A program made the translations under genes and the position numbers. DNA of 60,652 nucleotides from NCBI GenBank assembly GCA_030765145.1, contig JAVCDA010000021.1:1-60652 (forward strand), written 5' to 3'. This DNA is from Candidatus Saelkia tenebricola (GTDB lineage: Bacteria; Omnitrophota; Gorgyraeia; Kaelpiales; Kaelpiaceae). Positions 40,488 through 49,024 of this stretch are shown here, piece by piece; position 1 is the stretch's first letter; each line of letters starts with the position of its first letter. The notes under the pieces are model-generated. The model worked only from the letters and a program-made list of their open reading frames with translations. It did no database searches and had not been told where the DNA came from.

Positions 40488-42028
40488 AGTTTGTCATTCC
40501 AATATTTATTTAGTAATGTGTTTTTTATGACATTAAGTTCAATAATGTTAATACGGTAATCGAATAATGTTTTGGCCAAATTTAAGCTTGCCTGCAGGAG
40601 ATCATCTTCATAGCGTATTACTGTATCTGAGTTTGAGCGTCCGTAGTTAAGACGTTTCATTTCCTCAGCAAGTTTATTTTTTTGCAACTCTTTAATAGCG
40701 TTGAGAAGAGATACACGTTCTTTTAAATTGTTTATTTCCTGAGTCTTATTATGAATTTCTTTTAATATTAGTCGTTCAGTGCGTTTAAAAGATATTAAGA
40801 GCTGTTCTTTGTGTAGCTCTGTTTCTTTTAATTCTGATTTAGATAGTCGGTTTTCAATAGGTATTTTAAATGAAATTCCCAGGTATAATTCAGAGTTGTT
40901 TTCGTTGGATATGTTTTTCCAGGAATTTTGGAGTTCTGACCTGATTCCGTTTTTTGCAAAACTTGCTTTCATATCAATTTCAGGCCAGAGGGCATTTTTT
41001 TTAACCGCTATATCTATATTGAGCGATTTAAGCTGGTTTTCTATGATTTTATAATCTCTGCGGTAAAGCAATGCCTCCTTTAATTCTTTATATGTATCGA
41101 CATTATGAGGAGTAATGGTTAAAGAGTCATGGGGAATTATATCAACAGATGTATCTATTTCGTTGAGCAAAAAAAGAAGATTGTTTTTTGCTATTTCTTT
41201 CTCAAGTTCAGATAAAAGCAGATCATTTTTTCGTGAGCCTACATTAGCTTGCGCTGCCAGTAAATCTACGGATTCTACAACCCCTCGTTCATAATGTTCT
41301 TTATAAATATTCAATAGTTTTTGGGATTCTTTTAGCATTTTTAATTTTATTTTTAAAGTTTCATTTTTTAGCACAAGATTCCAATAGGCTTTTTGAGTGT
41401 TGTAGAGTATATTTTCTATTGTATTTAATGAGGTGTATTCCGAATTTATAATATCTATCTGAGTTATTTTAACTTCTCCCCGGTCGGCTAATCCAAAGAA
41501 GTTTTTACCCAAGGATTGGGTGATAGATATCCCGGCTGTTGCTTCATGATAAGGTTTCAATGCAGCAGTTGATAAGTTAGATGAAACTCTGGTGTCTTCC
41601 AGTTCAATTTCTAAGGTTGAACCGGTAGGAAATTTCTTCTCAAGTCCGATAGAGTAAAGATTTGTAATTGTATGGGTATCTAGGAATGTAGTGGAAGTTT
41701 TTTTGCCATTGTTCTTATAGCTTGCCTCGGTATTTAAAAAAGTATCGAAGATAGATTCTGTCTCGCTTAAAGAAGTTCTTTTCCTATAAAGATCGAATTT
41801 AGCGATCTGAATATCTAGAGAGTTTTTAAGAGCCAGCTTACTTGCTTCATCAAGGGAAATGGATCGAATTGTATTGTCATTTTCCTCAAAATGTGTTTTT
41901 TTCTCATCGAGGATATTGGTAATCTGGTTCATGGAAAAAGCATTATTATGTTTAGATAATGTGAATATTGTGCCTATTAATATAAGAGGTAAAATGATTG
42001 CTGCAATGGTTTTATTATTTATTTTCAT
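40484..42028 (-). CDS. TolC family outer membrane efflux protein
   Basis: Signal-like N-terminus, ISLDEA..LALKNS, AYWNLV, LWPEID repeats; adjacent to the RND gene. Confidence 0.88.
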   Translation of the reverse strand: MKINNKTIAAIILPLILIGTIFTLSKHNNAFSMNQITNILDEKKTHFEENDNTIRSISLDEASKLALKNSLDIQIAKFDLYRKRTSLSETESIFDTFLNTEASYKNNGKKTSTTFLDTHTITNLYSIGLEKKFPTGSTLEIELEDTRVSSNLSTAALKPYHEATAGISITQSLGKNFFGLADRGEVKITQIDIINSEYTSLNTIENILYNTQKAYWNLVLKNETLKIKLKMLKESQKLLNIYKEHYERGVVESVDLLAAQANVGSRKNDLLLSELEKEIAKNNLLFLLNEIDTSVDIIPHDSLTITPHNVDTYKELKEALLYRRDYKIIENQLKSLNIDIAVKKNALWPEIDMKASFAKNGIRSELQNSWKNISNENNSELYLGISFKIPIENRLSKSELKETELHKEQLLISFKRTERLILKEIHNKTQEINNLKERVSLLNAIKELQKNKLAEEMKRLNYGRSNSDTVIRYEDDLLQASLNLAKTLFDYRINIIELNVIKNTLLNKYWNDKL

Positions 42029-42035
42029 TGTATTT

Positions 42036-42476
42036 TTAAGTATATAAAATTTTTTTAAGTTTTTTCAAGATTTGTAAATAATTCTTTCTTTCCTGCTCTG
42101 TTAATTTTCCGAAAATTTCTGCTATTGTTTGTTGTCGTTGAGAGTGTATTTCCTTAGCCGTATTTTTCCCCTTAAGAGTATTTTTAATATGTATCACTCG
42201 GCGGTCATTTTCATCATAGATACGCTTGACCATTTTCATGCGAGCGAGCCTATCTATTAATCCTGTTGCAGCAGGTAGGGAGATGTTCAATTCACAAGCT
42301 ATGTCTTTCATTTTTAGCAATTTATCAGTGCTTAAGAGATCTAAGGCTAAATATTGAGGCATAGTTATCTCGCCTCGCTTTAGAGCATCAGTCTGTTTTT
42401 TCAGCACGCCTCTTATTATGTACGGCAATATATTTGTTATTTCCCCAGAGAAAGATGCAATAGATTGTTTTGTCAT
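42036..42476 (-). CDS. MarR family transcriptional regulator
   Basis: ITMPQY, wHTH SLPAATGLIDRL, DENDRR..I..T.KG. Confidence 0.93.
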   Translation of the reverse strand: MTKQSIASFSGEITNILPYIIRGVLKKQTDALKRGEITMPQYLALDLLSTDKLLKMKDIACELNISLPAATGLIDRLARMKMVKRIYDENDRRVIHIKNTLKGKNTAKEIHSQRQQTIAEIFGKLTEQERKNYLQILKKLKKILYT

Positions 42477-42490
42477 GGTTATCCTCGTTA

Positions 42491-42527
42491 ATAATTAATA
42501 TTATTAATAGTTAACTATATTAATTAT
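42491..42527. promoter_or_regulatory. Putative MarR operator
   Basis: Perfect 12-bp palindrome atagttaactat (42507-42518) plus outer IR ataattaata/tattaattat, overlapping the -10 and start site of the marR promoter. Confidence 0.6.
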
Positions 42528-42551
42528 ATCGTAGATATTGATGTTTGTCAA
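42523..42551 (-). promoter_or_regulatory. Consensus sigma70 promoter of marR-tolC-RND
   Basis: Minus strand TTGACA (42551-42546), 17-bp spacer, TATAAT (42528-42523). Confidence 0.8.
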
Positions 42552-42683
42552 GGTCTGTCATGTGGAATTAATCGATGTTTCTTATGTTATAAGTGAGAAT
42601 AGGATGATAAATTCCAGGTTTGTTTTTGCCATTCTGTGTTATAATAATGCCCAGTAATAATTATAAAAATAAGGAGATGACGG

Positions 42684-43247
42684 TTGCAGGGATATATTTT
42701 TTTAAGGTTTTTATTTTTGGGAGTGCCTGTTTTATGTTATTACGATAAAGGGATTGCTCTTTTAGCATTAGTTGTTTTATTTGTTTTGTTTTCAGTATTT
42801 GAATTCTCAAGGTTCCTAGGTAAATCATTGGATGAAAAAATTAGGAAAAAATATTTCTTTTTTTTGGTTCCTATTGGCGAAAAAAGAATAGCCAAATTAT
42901 TATACCTAACAGCTGCTCTTTTTATCGTTGTTAATTTTTTTGAAAAGGATGTTGCGATTTTTTCAATCAGCGTTGCTTTAATCTATGGAGTGGTGTCTTT
43001 AATATTTAATTCATTTGCAAAAGTAAAAATTAAAAACAATACTTTGGAAGGAATAATAGCTGGTATTGGTTTTGCTTATATTACGGGTATCTATCTGGGG
43101 AATGATTTAAATTTGGGGCAGAATGTAATAATTTCATCTGTCATAGCTGCTCCTCTAACCGAGCTTATTATTAGTTGTTTGGATGAAAATTTTAGCGTAC
43201 CTTTTTTTGTTGCTGTGGCAGCACAGTTTGTTAAAAACTCATTTTAA
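42684..43247 (+). CDS. Membrane protein of the dolichol/phytol kinase (CTP-dependent) family, divergent
   Basis: Multi-TM; NTLEG and LDENFSVP resemble the KSxEG and DNxxxP motifs; TTG start 7 nt after AAGGAG. Confidence 0.6.
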   Translation: MQGYIFLRFLFLGVPVLCYYDKGIALLALVVLFVLFSVFEFSRFLGKSLDEKIRKKYFFFLVPIGEKRIAKLLYLTAALFIVVNFFEKDVAIFSISVALIYGVVSLIFNSFAKVKIKNNTLEGIIAGIGFAYITGIYLGNDLNLGQNVIISSVIAAPLTELIISCLDENFSVPFFVAVAAQFVKNSF

Positions 43248-43277
43248 ATTTTATATTGAGAGGTATAAAATCTTTTT

Positions 43278-43730
43278 ATGGCAAAATTTAAACAAGAAAT
43301 ATCCAGTGGCGGTGTAATTTATAAATTAAATAGCTCATCTGTTGAAATCATCCTAATTAGACGGGTTACTAAAAGAGGTATGCATGCATGGTGTCTTCCT
43401 AAAGGTAAAGTCGAGCAAGGAGAGAGTTTGGAGGTTACTGCGTTACGAGAGGTCAAAGAGGAAACAGGTGTGAGTGGAAAAATAGAAAAAGAACTGGGGA
43501 GTATTAACTATTGGTTTTACGGTGCCGAAGATAAGTTAAAAATAAATAAAACAGTTCATTTTTATTTGATGAAATATATGTCCGGGAATCTGGAATTGTA
43601 CGATGATGAAGTTGAAGAGGTTAGATGGTTTGTAATAGATGAAGCAAGATCTATAGCAAGTTATAAATCAGAAAAAGAAATGATTACGAAGGCAATGGAG
43701 GTTTTGATCCCGGTTCCAGAAGATAAATAG
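43278..43730 (+). CDS. NUDIX hydrolase
   Basis: Nudix box LPKGKVEQGESLEVTALREVKEETG. Confidence 0.95.
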   Translation: MAKFKQEISSGGVIYKLNSSSVEIILIRRVTKRGMHAWCLPKGKVEQGESLEVTALREVKEETGVSGKIEKELGSINYWFYGAEDKLKINKTVHFYLMKYMSGNLELYDDEVEEVRWFVIDEARSIASYKSEKEMITKAMEVLIPVPEDK

Positions 43731-43733
43731 AAA

Positions 43734-44306
43734 ATGAAGATATTTTGGTCAATTTTAGTATTTTTAGCAGTTGTTTTAAGAATATCCGATGCGACAAGTG
43801 AAGTTTTAATGATAGTTGCAAAAAACGGGTTTCGTGATGAAGAGGTTTTTATTACCAAAGAGATTTTAGAAAACAATGGCTATATGATTGATGTAGCATC
43901 AAGTTCTCGGGGTATCTGTTTAGGGATGCTTGGCAAAAGTATAAATGCAGAAATTTCAATAGAGGAGATCAATGTTTCTGATTATAGTGTTGTTGTATTT
44001 ATAGGCGGAATTGGTGCTCGAGAATTCTTTGATAGCACATTAGCTCATGGGATTGTGAAAAAGGCATATCAAGAGAACAAGATCATAGCAGCGATATGTA
44101 TTGCGCCTGTAATTTTGGCGCAAGCTGGCATTTTAGAAGATAAACACGCTACTGTTTTAAATAGCTTTAAGGCTCAGATTCAACAGTATGGAGCAGTTTA
44201 TACCGGTAACGGAGTGGAAGTAGATGGTAACATTATTACAGCAGATGGACCGGGCGCTACTGAAGGATTTGCTTATAGGATATTGGATGTTTTAAAAAAG
44301 AAATAG
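43734..44306 (+). CDS. DJ-1/PfpI family protein
   Basis: FRDEE, FIGGIG, AAICIAP (nucleophile Cys), IITADGP. Confidence 0.92.
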   Translation: MKIFWSILVFLAVVLRISDATSEVLMIVAKNGFRDEEVFITKEILENNGYMIDVASSSRGICLGMLGKSINAEISIEEINVSDYSVVVFIGGIGAREFFDSTLAHGIVKKAYQENKIIAAICIAPVILAQAGILEDKHATVLNSFKAQIQQYGAVYTGNGVEVDGNIITADGPGATEGFAYRILDVLKKK

Positions 44307-44329
44307 CTTGCAAATATCGGAAGCGAACT

Positions 44330-44737
44330 ATGGAATCCAAAAAGATTGTGTTACATTTTCCCCGGAGCTTGGTGGATAAGCCGATTATTTGCAAACTAAT
44401 TAGAGAATTTGATTTAGATTTTAATATTTTGAAAGCTTCTGTTACCCCCAATGAAGAAGGGCTTTTAGTTTTAGAGCTCATAGGCGAGGATAAAGATTTA
44501 AAAAAAGCAGTAGAATATTTAAAGAGTAATGGAGTAACGGTCCAGTCTTTGAGTAAAGATATTATTCGTAATGATAAAAAATGTACTCATTGTGGGGTTT
44601 GTGTCGTATATTGTCCAACCGGAGCTCTTTTTGTAGATAATGAAACTCAGGAAGTTCTTTTTCAGGAAGATAAGTGTATAGGTTGTGAAATATGTGTCAA
44701 TATCTGCCCTCTTAGGGCTATGGAAGTTCATTTTTAA
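44330..44737 (+). CDS. NIL domain plus 2x[4Fe-4S] ferredoxin
   Basis: FNILKA (NIL) and two CxxCxxCxxxCP motifs. Confidence 0.92.
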   Translation: MESKKIVLHFPRSLVDKPIICKLIREFDLDFNILKASVTPNEEGLLVLELIGEDKDLKKAVEYLKSNGVTVQSLSKDIIRNDKKCTHCGVCVVYCPTGALFVDNETQEVLFQEDKCIGCEICVNICPLRAMEVHF

Positions 44738-45456
44738 TGCAAGAGAGGTTTTATAGAAAGTGGGTTCAAGAGAATAATTTAATAGGTTTTGAGGTCAAAG
44801 TTAAAGAAACGGATTTATTTATCAGGGCAGATAAGAATTTAGCAAATGAAGCACGTGTTTTAGTAGTAAAATATAGAAATATTTTAAAAGAGTATCTTCG
44901 TGATAATCCCGTGTTTCTTAAATCCTTAGTTCCTGTTGAGATAAAATCTACAGCGCCTATTTTTGTGCAGGAAATGGTTAATGCTTCTTGTAAAGCAGGT
45001 GTGGGGCCTATGGCATCGGTTGCAGGAGTGATAGCAGAGTTTGTGGGTAAGGAATTACTGACTTTCAGTAAAGAGATATTGGTTGAAAATGGAGGAGATA
45101 TATTCTTAAAAACATTGCAAAAAAGAACAGTGGCCATTTATGCAGGAAAATCTCCTTTATCAGGTAAAATAGGTATTGAAATTACTCCGGAAATGGGAGT
45201 GGTTGGAGTTTGCACATCATCTGGAAAAGTAGGCCATTCTTTGAGTTTTGGTTGTGCAGATTCAGTTACTGTTATATCAAAATCAGCTATTTTAGCAGAT
45301 GCTTGGGCGACAAGCCTTGCTAATCGAGTTAAGAGTTCAAGTGAAATTGAAGAAGTGCTTAAATATGCTTCCGAAATAAAAGGGATCAGAGGGGTAGTCA
45401 TAATTGTAGATGAAAAAATAGGTTTTACCGGAAAAATAAGAATATTAAAAGTCTAA
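44737..45456 (+). CDS. UPF0280 / ApbE-superfamily protein
   Basis: VGPMASVAG, VENGGDI, CTSSGKVGHSLSFG.AD, ADAWATSLAN. Confidence 0.92.
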   Translation: MQERFYRKWVQENNLIGFEVKVKETDLFIRADKNLANEARVLVVKYRNILKEYLRDNPVFLKSLVPVEIKSTAPIFVQEMVNASCKAGVGPMASVAGVIAEFVGKELLTFSKEILVENGGDIFLKTLQKRTVAIYAGKSPLSGKIGIEITPEMGVVGVCTSSGKVGHSLSFGCADSVTVISKSAILADAWATSLANRVKSSSEIEEVLKYASEIKGIRGVVIIVDEKIGFTGKIRILKV

Positions 45457-45499
45457 ATTAAGATATCTTATTGATGGTTATTTGGTTATGGTAATTCGC

Positions 45500-45528
45500 T
45501 TGACAGTATTTTTGGTATATGGTATTTT
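45500..45528 (+). promoter_or_regulatory. Sigma70-type promoter of the HU gene
   Basis: TTGACA (45500-05), 17-bp spacer, TG-extended TATTTT (45523-28). Confidence 0.6.
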
Positions 45529-45563
45529 GACTTTAGATCGTTTAATAGATAAGGAGGTTGATA

Positions 45564-45836
45564 ATGACTAAAAAAGAAATTGTTAATGTTGTGGTGTCTA
45601 AGACGGGATATAAGCAGACAGAAGTTAAGAAAATAGTTCAACTCACATTAAATGCGATTTCAGATACATTGGTTAATGGCAAAAATATTGAATTGAGAAA
45701 TTTTGGTGTTTTTAAAGTAAAAACCAGAAAACCTAGACAGGGCCGAAATCCGAAAACAGGAGAAGCGGTTCCGGTTCCCCAAAGAAGAGTTGTGGTTTTT
45801 AAGCCAGGGTTGGAATTGAAGTTAAAGTTAAGGTAA
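45564..45836 (+). CDS. HU/IHF family nucleoid-associated protein
   Basis: MTKKE, ELRNFGVF, GRNPKTGE, FKPG; AAGGAGG SD. Confidence 0.95.
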   Translation: MTKKEIVNVVVSKTGYKQTEVKKIVQLTLNAISDTLVNGKNIELRNFGVFKVKTRKPRQGRNPKTGEAVPVPQRRVVVFKPGLELKLKLR

Positions 45837-45922
45837 GTCTCTATTTTAACTAGGGATAAAAATATTTTCTTCTTCTTTCGTGCCCCTGGTCATGTGTGGA
45901 GAAGAAAGAGGGAAGGTGAGGC

Positions 45923-46129
45923 ATGAGTAGTAAAGGTAAAGTAAAGTGGTTTTCCAACCAGAAAGGTTTTGGATTTATTACCCCAGAGGAAGGTGCTGAT
46001 GTTTTTGTGCATTTTTCTGCTGTCCAAACTGATGGTTATCGTAGCCTTGGAGAAGGTGATGATGTTGAATTTGACATTGTAGAAACTCCTAAAGGTCCAC
46101 AAGCTGCAAACGTGAAAAAAATTAGCTAA
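45923..46129 (+). CDS. cspA: Cold-shock protein
   Basis: GKVKWF, KGFGFI (RNP1), VFVHF (RNP2), KGPQAANV. Confidence 0.96.
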   Translation: MSSKGKVKWFSNQKGFGFITPEEGADVFVHFSAVQTDGYRSLGEGDDVEFDIVETPKGPQAANVKKIS

Positions 46130-46145
46130 AATTGTCTGGAAAACC

Positions 46146-46186
46146 AAAAGCCCGTCTTTTTACATGTTTAAGAAGGCGGGCATTTT
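46146..46186 (+). terminator. Intrinsic terminator after the cold-shock gene
   Basis: gcccgtcttttta / taagaaggcgggc stem flanked by aaaa and atttt. Confidence 0.75.
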
Positions 46187-46256
46187 AAATAGTAAAGATA
46201 GAGGTTCCTAACGTATAATAATCGTTGTAAGCTGATAATTTAAGGTCAGATTATTT

Positions 46257-47510
46257 ATGAAATATCAAAAATTGAGAGGAACTGAGGATATAATTTCTCC
46301 TCAAATTGAATTATGGCAGGAAATAGAAAGTATATCCCGTGATTTATTTGAAGTATCAGGTTATAAGGAAATAAAAACTCCGATAGTTGAGTTTTTGCAG
46401 CTTTTTCAGCGTAGTATCGGAAAAAATACTGATATTGTAGAGAAAGAAATTTTTCAATTTCAGGATAGATCCGAAAGAAAAATTGCGCTTCGTCCTGAAG
46501 CCACTGCTTCTATAGTTCGTGCTTATTTAGAATGCGGGCTATATCAAAATCCAGGATTGACAAAATTATATTATATAGGTCCTATGTTTCGCGCAGAAAG
46601 GCCTCAAAAGGGGCGGAAGAGACAATTTTATCAAGTTGGCATTGAAGCTATAGGGTCTTTGAATCCTGAGATAGATGCTGAAGTTATATGGTTAGTTAAA
46701 AAGCTACTTGATAATTTGGGTGTTGATGATTTTAGAATTGAAATAAACAGTTTGGGTTGTGATGATGATAAAATCAAAATTGTGGATTATTTAAAAGGTG
46801 AAATTAGTAAAAATTTAGATCACTTTTGCCAGAATTGCCAGAATAGATTTGAAAGAAATGTTTTAAGAGTTTTGGATTGTAAAAATCCGGATTGTAAAAG
46901 TTGTTTGAAAAATCTCAAAATAGATATTAAAACGGTGATTTGTAAAAATTGCATGCAACATTATAACGAAGTCAAATCGTTATTAACTGTATTAGGAGTT
47001 CAATATGAAGAAAATAAATATTTAGTTCGGGGGCTTGATTATTACACCAGAACAGTGTTTGAAGTCTTAAATTATAATTTGGGGGCTCAAAATGTGATTT
47101 GTGCAGGTGGAAGATATGATAATCTCGTTGAAGAAATGGGTGGTAAACCTACAGGAGCTGTGGGGTTTGCTTTAGGAATGGAAAGAATTGCCATGCTTCT
47201 TGAGGATAGAAGTAAAAAAAAGATAGAATTGGATATTTTTTTAATTCTTCAGGACAGAATGTTTTTGAAAGAAGCATTAAAAGAGTTAATAAATTTAAGA
47301 GAAAATGGAATTTATGCTGAGATGGATTATCAGAGTAGGTCTTTAAAATCTCAGATGAGATTGGCTAATGAAAAAAAAGCGAGATATGTTTTAATTTTAG
47401 GACAAAAAGAGTGGGAAAAAGGTGAATTCTGTTTAAAAGATATGAAAACAGGGAGTCAAATCAATATAAAAAAAGAAAAATTGTTAGAAGTAATTAATCG
47501 AATTATATAG
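46257..47510 (+). CDS. hisS: Histidyl-tRNA synthetase
   Basis: LRPEATA, MFRAERPQKGR.RQFYQ, LVRGLDYYT, AGGRYD, GFALGMER. Confidence 0.98.
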   Translation: MKYQKLRGTEDIISPQIELWQEIESISRDLFEVSGYKEIKTPIVEFLQLFQRSIGKNTDIVEKEIFQFQDRSERKIALRPEATASIVRAYLECGLYQNPGLTKLYYIGPMFRAERPQKGRKRQFYQVGIEAIGSLNPEIDAEVIWLVKKLLDNLGVDDFRIEINSLGCDDDKIKIVDYLKGEISKNLDHFCQNCQNRFERNVLRVLDCKNPDCKSCLKNLKIDIKTVICKNCMQHYNEVKSLLTVLGVQYEENKYLVRGLDYYTRTVFEVLNYNLGAQNVICAGGRYDNLVEEMGGKPTGAVGFALGMERIAMLLEDRSKKKIELDIFLILQDRMFLKEALKELINLRENGIYAEMDYQSRSLKSQMRLANEKKARYVLILGQKEWEKGEFCLKDMKTGSQINIKKEKLLEVINRII

Positions 47511-47523
47511 TTTTTTATGGGGA

Positions 47524-47613
47524 TAATGGGATGTATCCTTATATGTTTGATTTGATTTGGGAATCAACAGGGATAATTTGTAGACGGCTGATGCCTTATG
47601 CTCATTAGGAGGT
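47524..47613 (+). repeat. Structured leader element, copy B (unassigned)
   Basis: taatggg...ctcatta closing stem, tatcctt...agggata hairpin, ends gctcattaggaggt; core is 32/42 identical to the reverse complement of 3136-3177. Confidence 0.65.
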
Positions 47614-47617
47614 TAAA

Positions 47618-49024
47618 TTGTTACGTACTCATTATTGTGGCCAGATTCGTAAGAAAGATGTAGAAAAAGAAGTTTCTCTTTGTGGATGGATTTACAGAAT
47701 AAGAGAACATGGAAAAATAGTTTTTTTGGATTTAAGAGATAGAGAAGGTTCTATTCAAGTTGTTTGTGTTCCAAGCGTTTTGAAAGATAATTTTGATGTT
47801 ATGCGCAATTTAGGCAAGGAGGATGTTATTCTTCTTAAGGGTATAGTTCAGGCGCGGCCGAAAGGTACTATTAATGATAAAATACCTACCGGTGAAGTTG
47901 AAATTTTGATTAATGATATCGAAATTTTAAATAAATGTAAGAATCATCCGTTTGATATGGAAATAGAAACTGAAGTTGCTGAGGAATTACGTTTGAAGCA
48001 CAGGTACTTGGATTTAAGAAGCCCCAAGCTGCAATCAAATTTTATTTTCAGACATAAAGTTGTGAAAAAAATCAGGGATTTATTTGATCAGTCAGGGTTT
48101 ATCGAAATTGAAACTCCGATTCTTACTAAATCTACTCCGGAAGGAGCTCGTGATTTTCTGGTACCTTCCCGATTGCGTTCTGGTGCATTTTATGCTTTGC
48201 CCCAATCTCCCCAGCTGTTCAAACAGATATTGATGGTCGCGGGGTTTGATAAATATTTTCAAATCGCAAGGTGTTTTAGAGATGAAGATTTGCGGGCCGA
48301 TAGGCAACCAGAATTTACTCAATTAGATTTAGAAATGAGTTTTATTGAAGAAGAGGATATTTTTACTTTGATAGAAATGGTGTTAAAAGATGTGTTTAAG
48401 TATGTTTTAAACTTAGATATCAAAATACCATTTCCGCGTCTTAATCATAAGGATGTGATAGCAAAATACGGGAGTGACAAGCCGGATTTAAGGCAAGATT
48501 TGAATGGAGAGTTTTGTTTCCTGTGGATTAAGGAATTTCCTCTATTTCATTTTAATCAAGATTCCAATAGCTGGGATATGGAGCATCATCCTTTTACAGC
48601 GCCGCATGCTGATGATATAAATTTGCTTGGAAAAAATATGGATAAAATACGTGCCCGCTCCTATGATTTAGTGCTTAACGGAGTTGAATTGGGAAGCGGA
48701 AGCATTAGAATACATAATAGAGAGTTACAGAAGAAGATTTTTGAAACTATAGGTATAAGCGAGGAAGATGCAGAGAGAAAATTTGGTTTTCTGCTCCGTG
48801 CTCTTGAATGCGGAGCTCCTCCTCATGGAGGTTTTGCATTGGGGTTAGACAGATTAATAACCATTATGCTTGGTAAAGAAAGCATAAGAGATGTAATTGC
48901 TTTTCCTAAGACTCAACGTGGAGTTTGCCCTTTAGCTGATGCCCCTTCTTTTGTAGATTTAAGCCAGTTATTAGAGTTGAAAATTAAAATATTGAAGGAG
49001 GAAAAAAATGAAGATAAAAAATAG
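47618..49024 (+). CDS. aspS: Aspartyl-tRNA synthetase, bacterial type lacking the GAD insertion, probably non-discriminating
   Basis: LRTHYCG, TPEGARDFLVPSR, LPQSPQLFKQ, FRDEDLRADRQPEFTQ, PPHGG.ALGLDR; TTG start after GGAGG. Confidence 0.96.
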   Translation: MLRTHYCGQIRKKDVEKEVSLCGWIYRIREHGKIVFLDLRDREGSIQVVCVPSVLKDNFDVMRNLGKEDVILLKGIVQARPKGTINDKIPTGEVEILINDIEILNKCKNHPFDMEIETEVAEELRLKHRYLDLRSPKLQSNFIFRHKVVKKIRDLFDQSGFIEIETPILTKSTPEGARDFLVPSRLRSGAFYALPQSPQLFKQILMVAGFDKYFQIARCFRDEDLRADRQPEFTQLDLEMSFIEEEDIFTLIEMVLKDVFKYVLNLDIKIPFPRLNHKDVIAKYGSDKPDLRQDLNGEFCFLWIKEFPLFHFNQDSNSWDMEHHPFTAPHADDINLLGKNMDKIRARSYDLVLNGVELGSGSIRIHNRELQKKIFETIGISEEDAERKFGFLLRALECGAPPHGGFALGLDRLITIMLGKESIRDVIAFPKTQRGVCPLADAPSFVDLSQLLELKIKILKEEKNEDKK

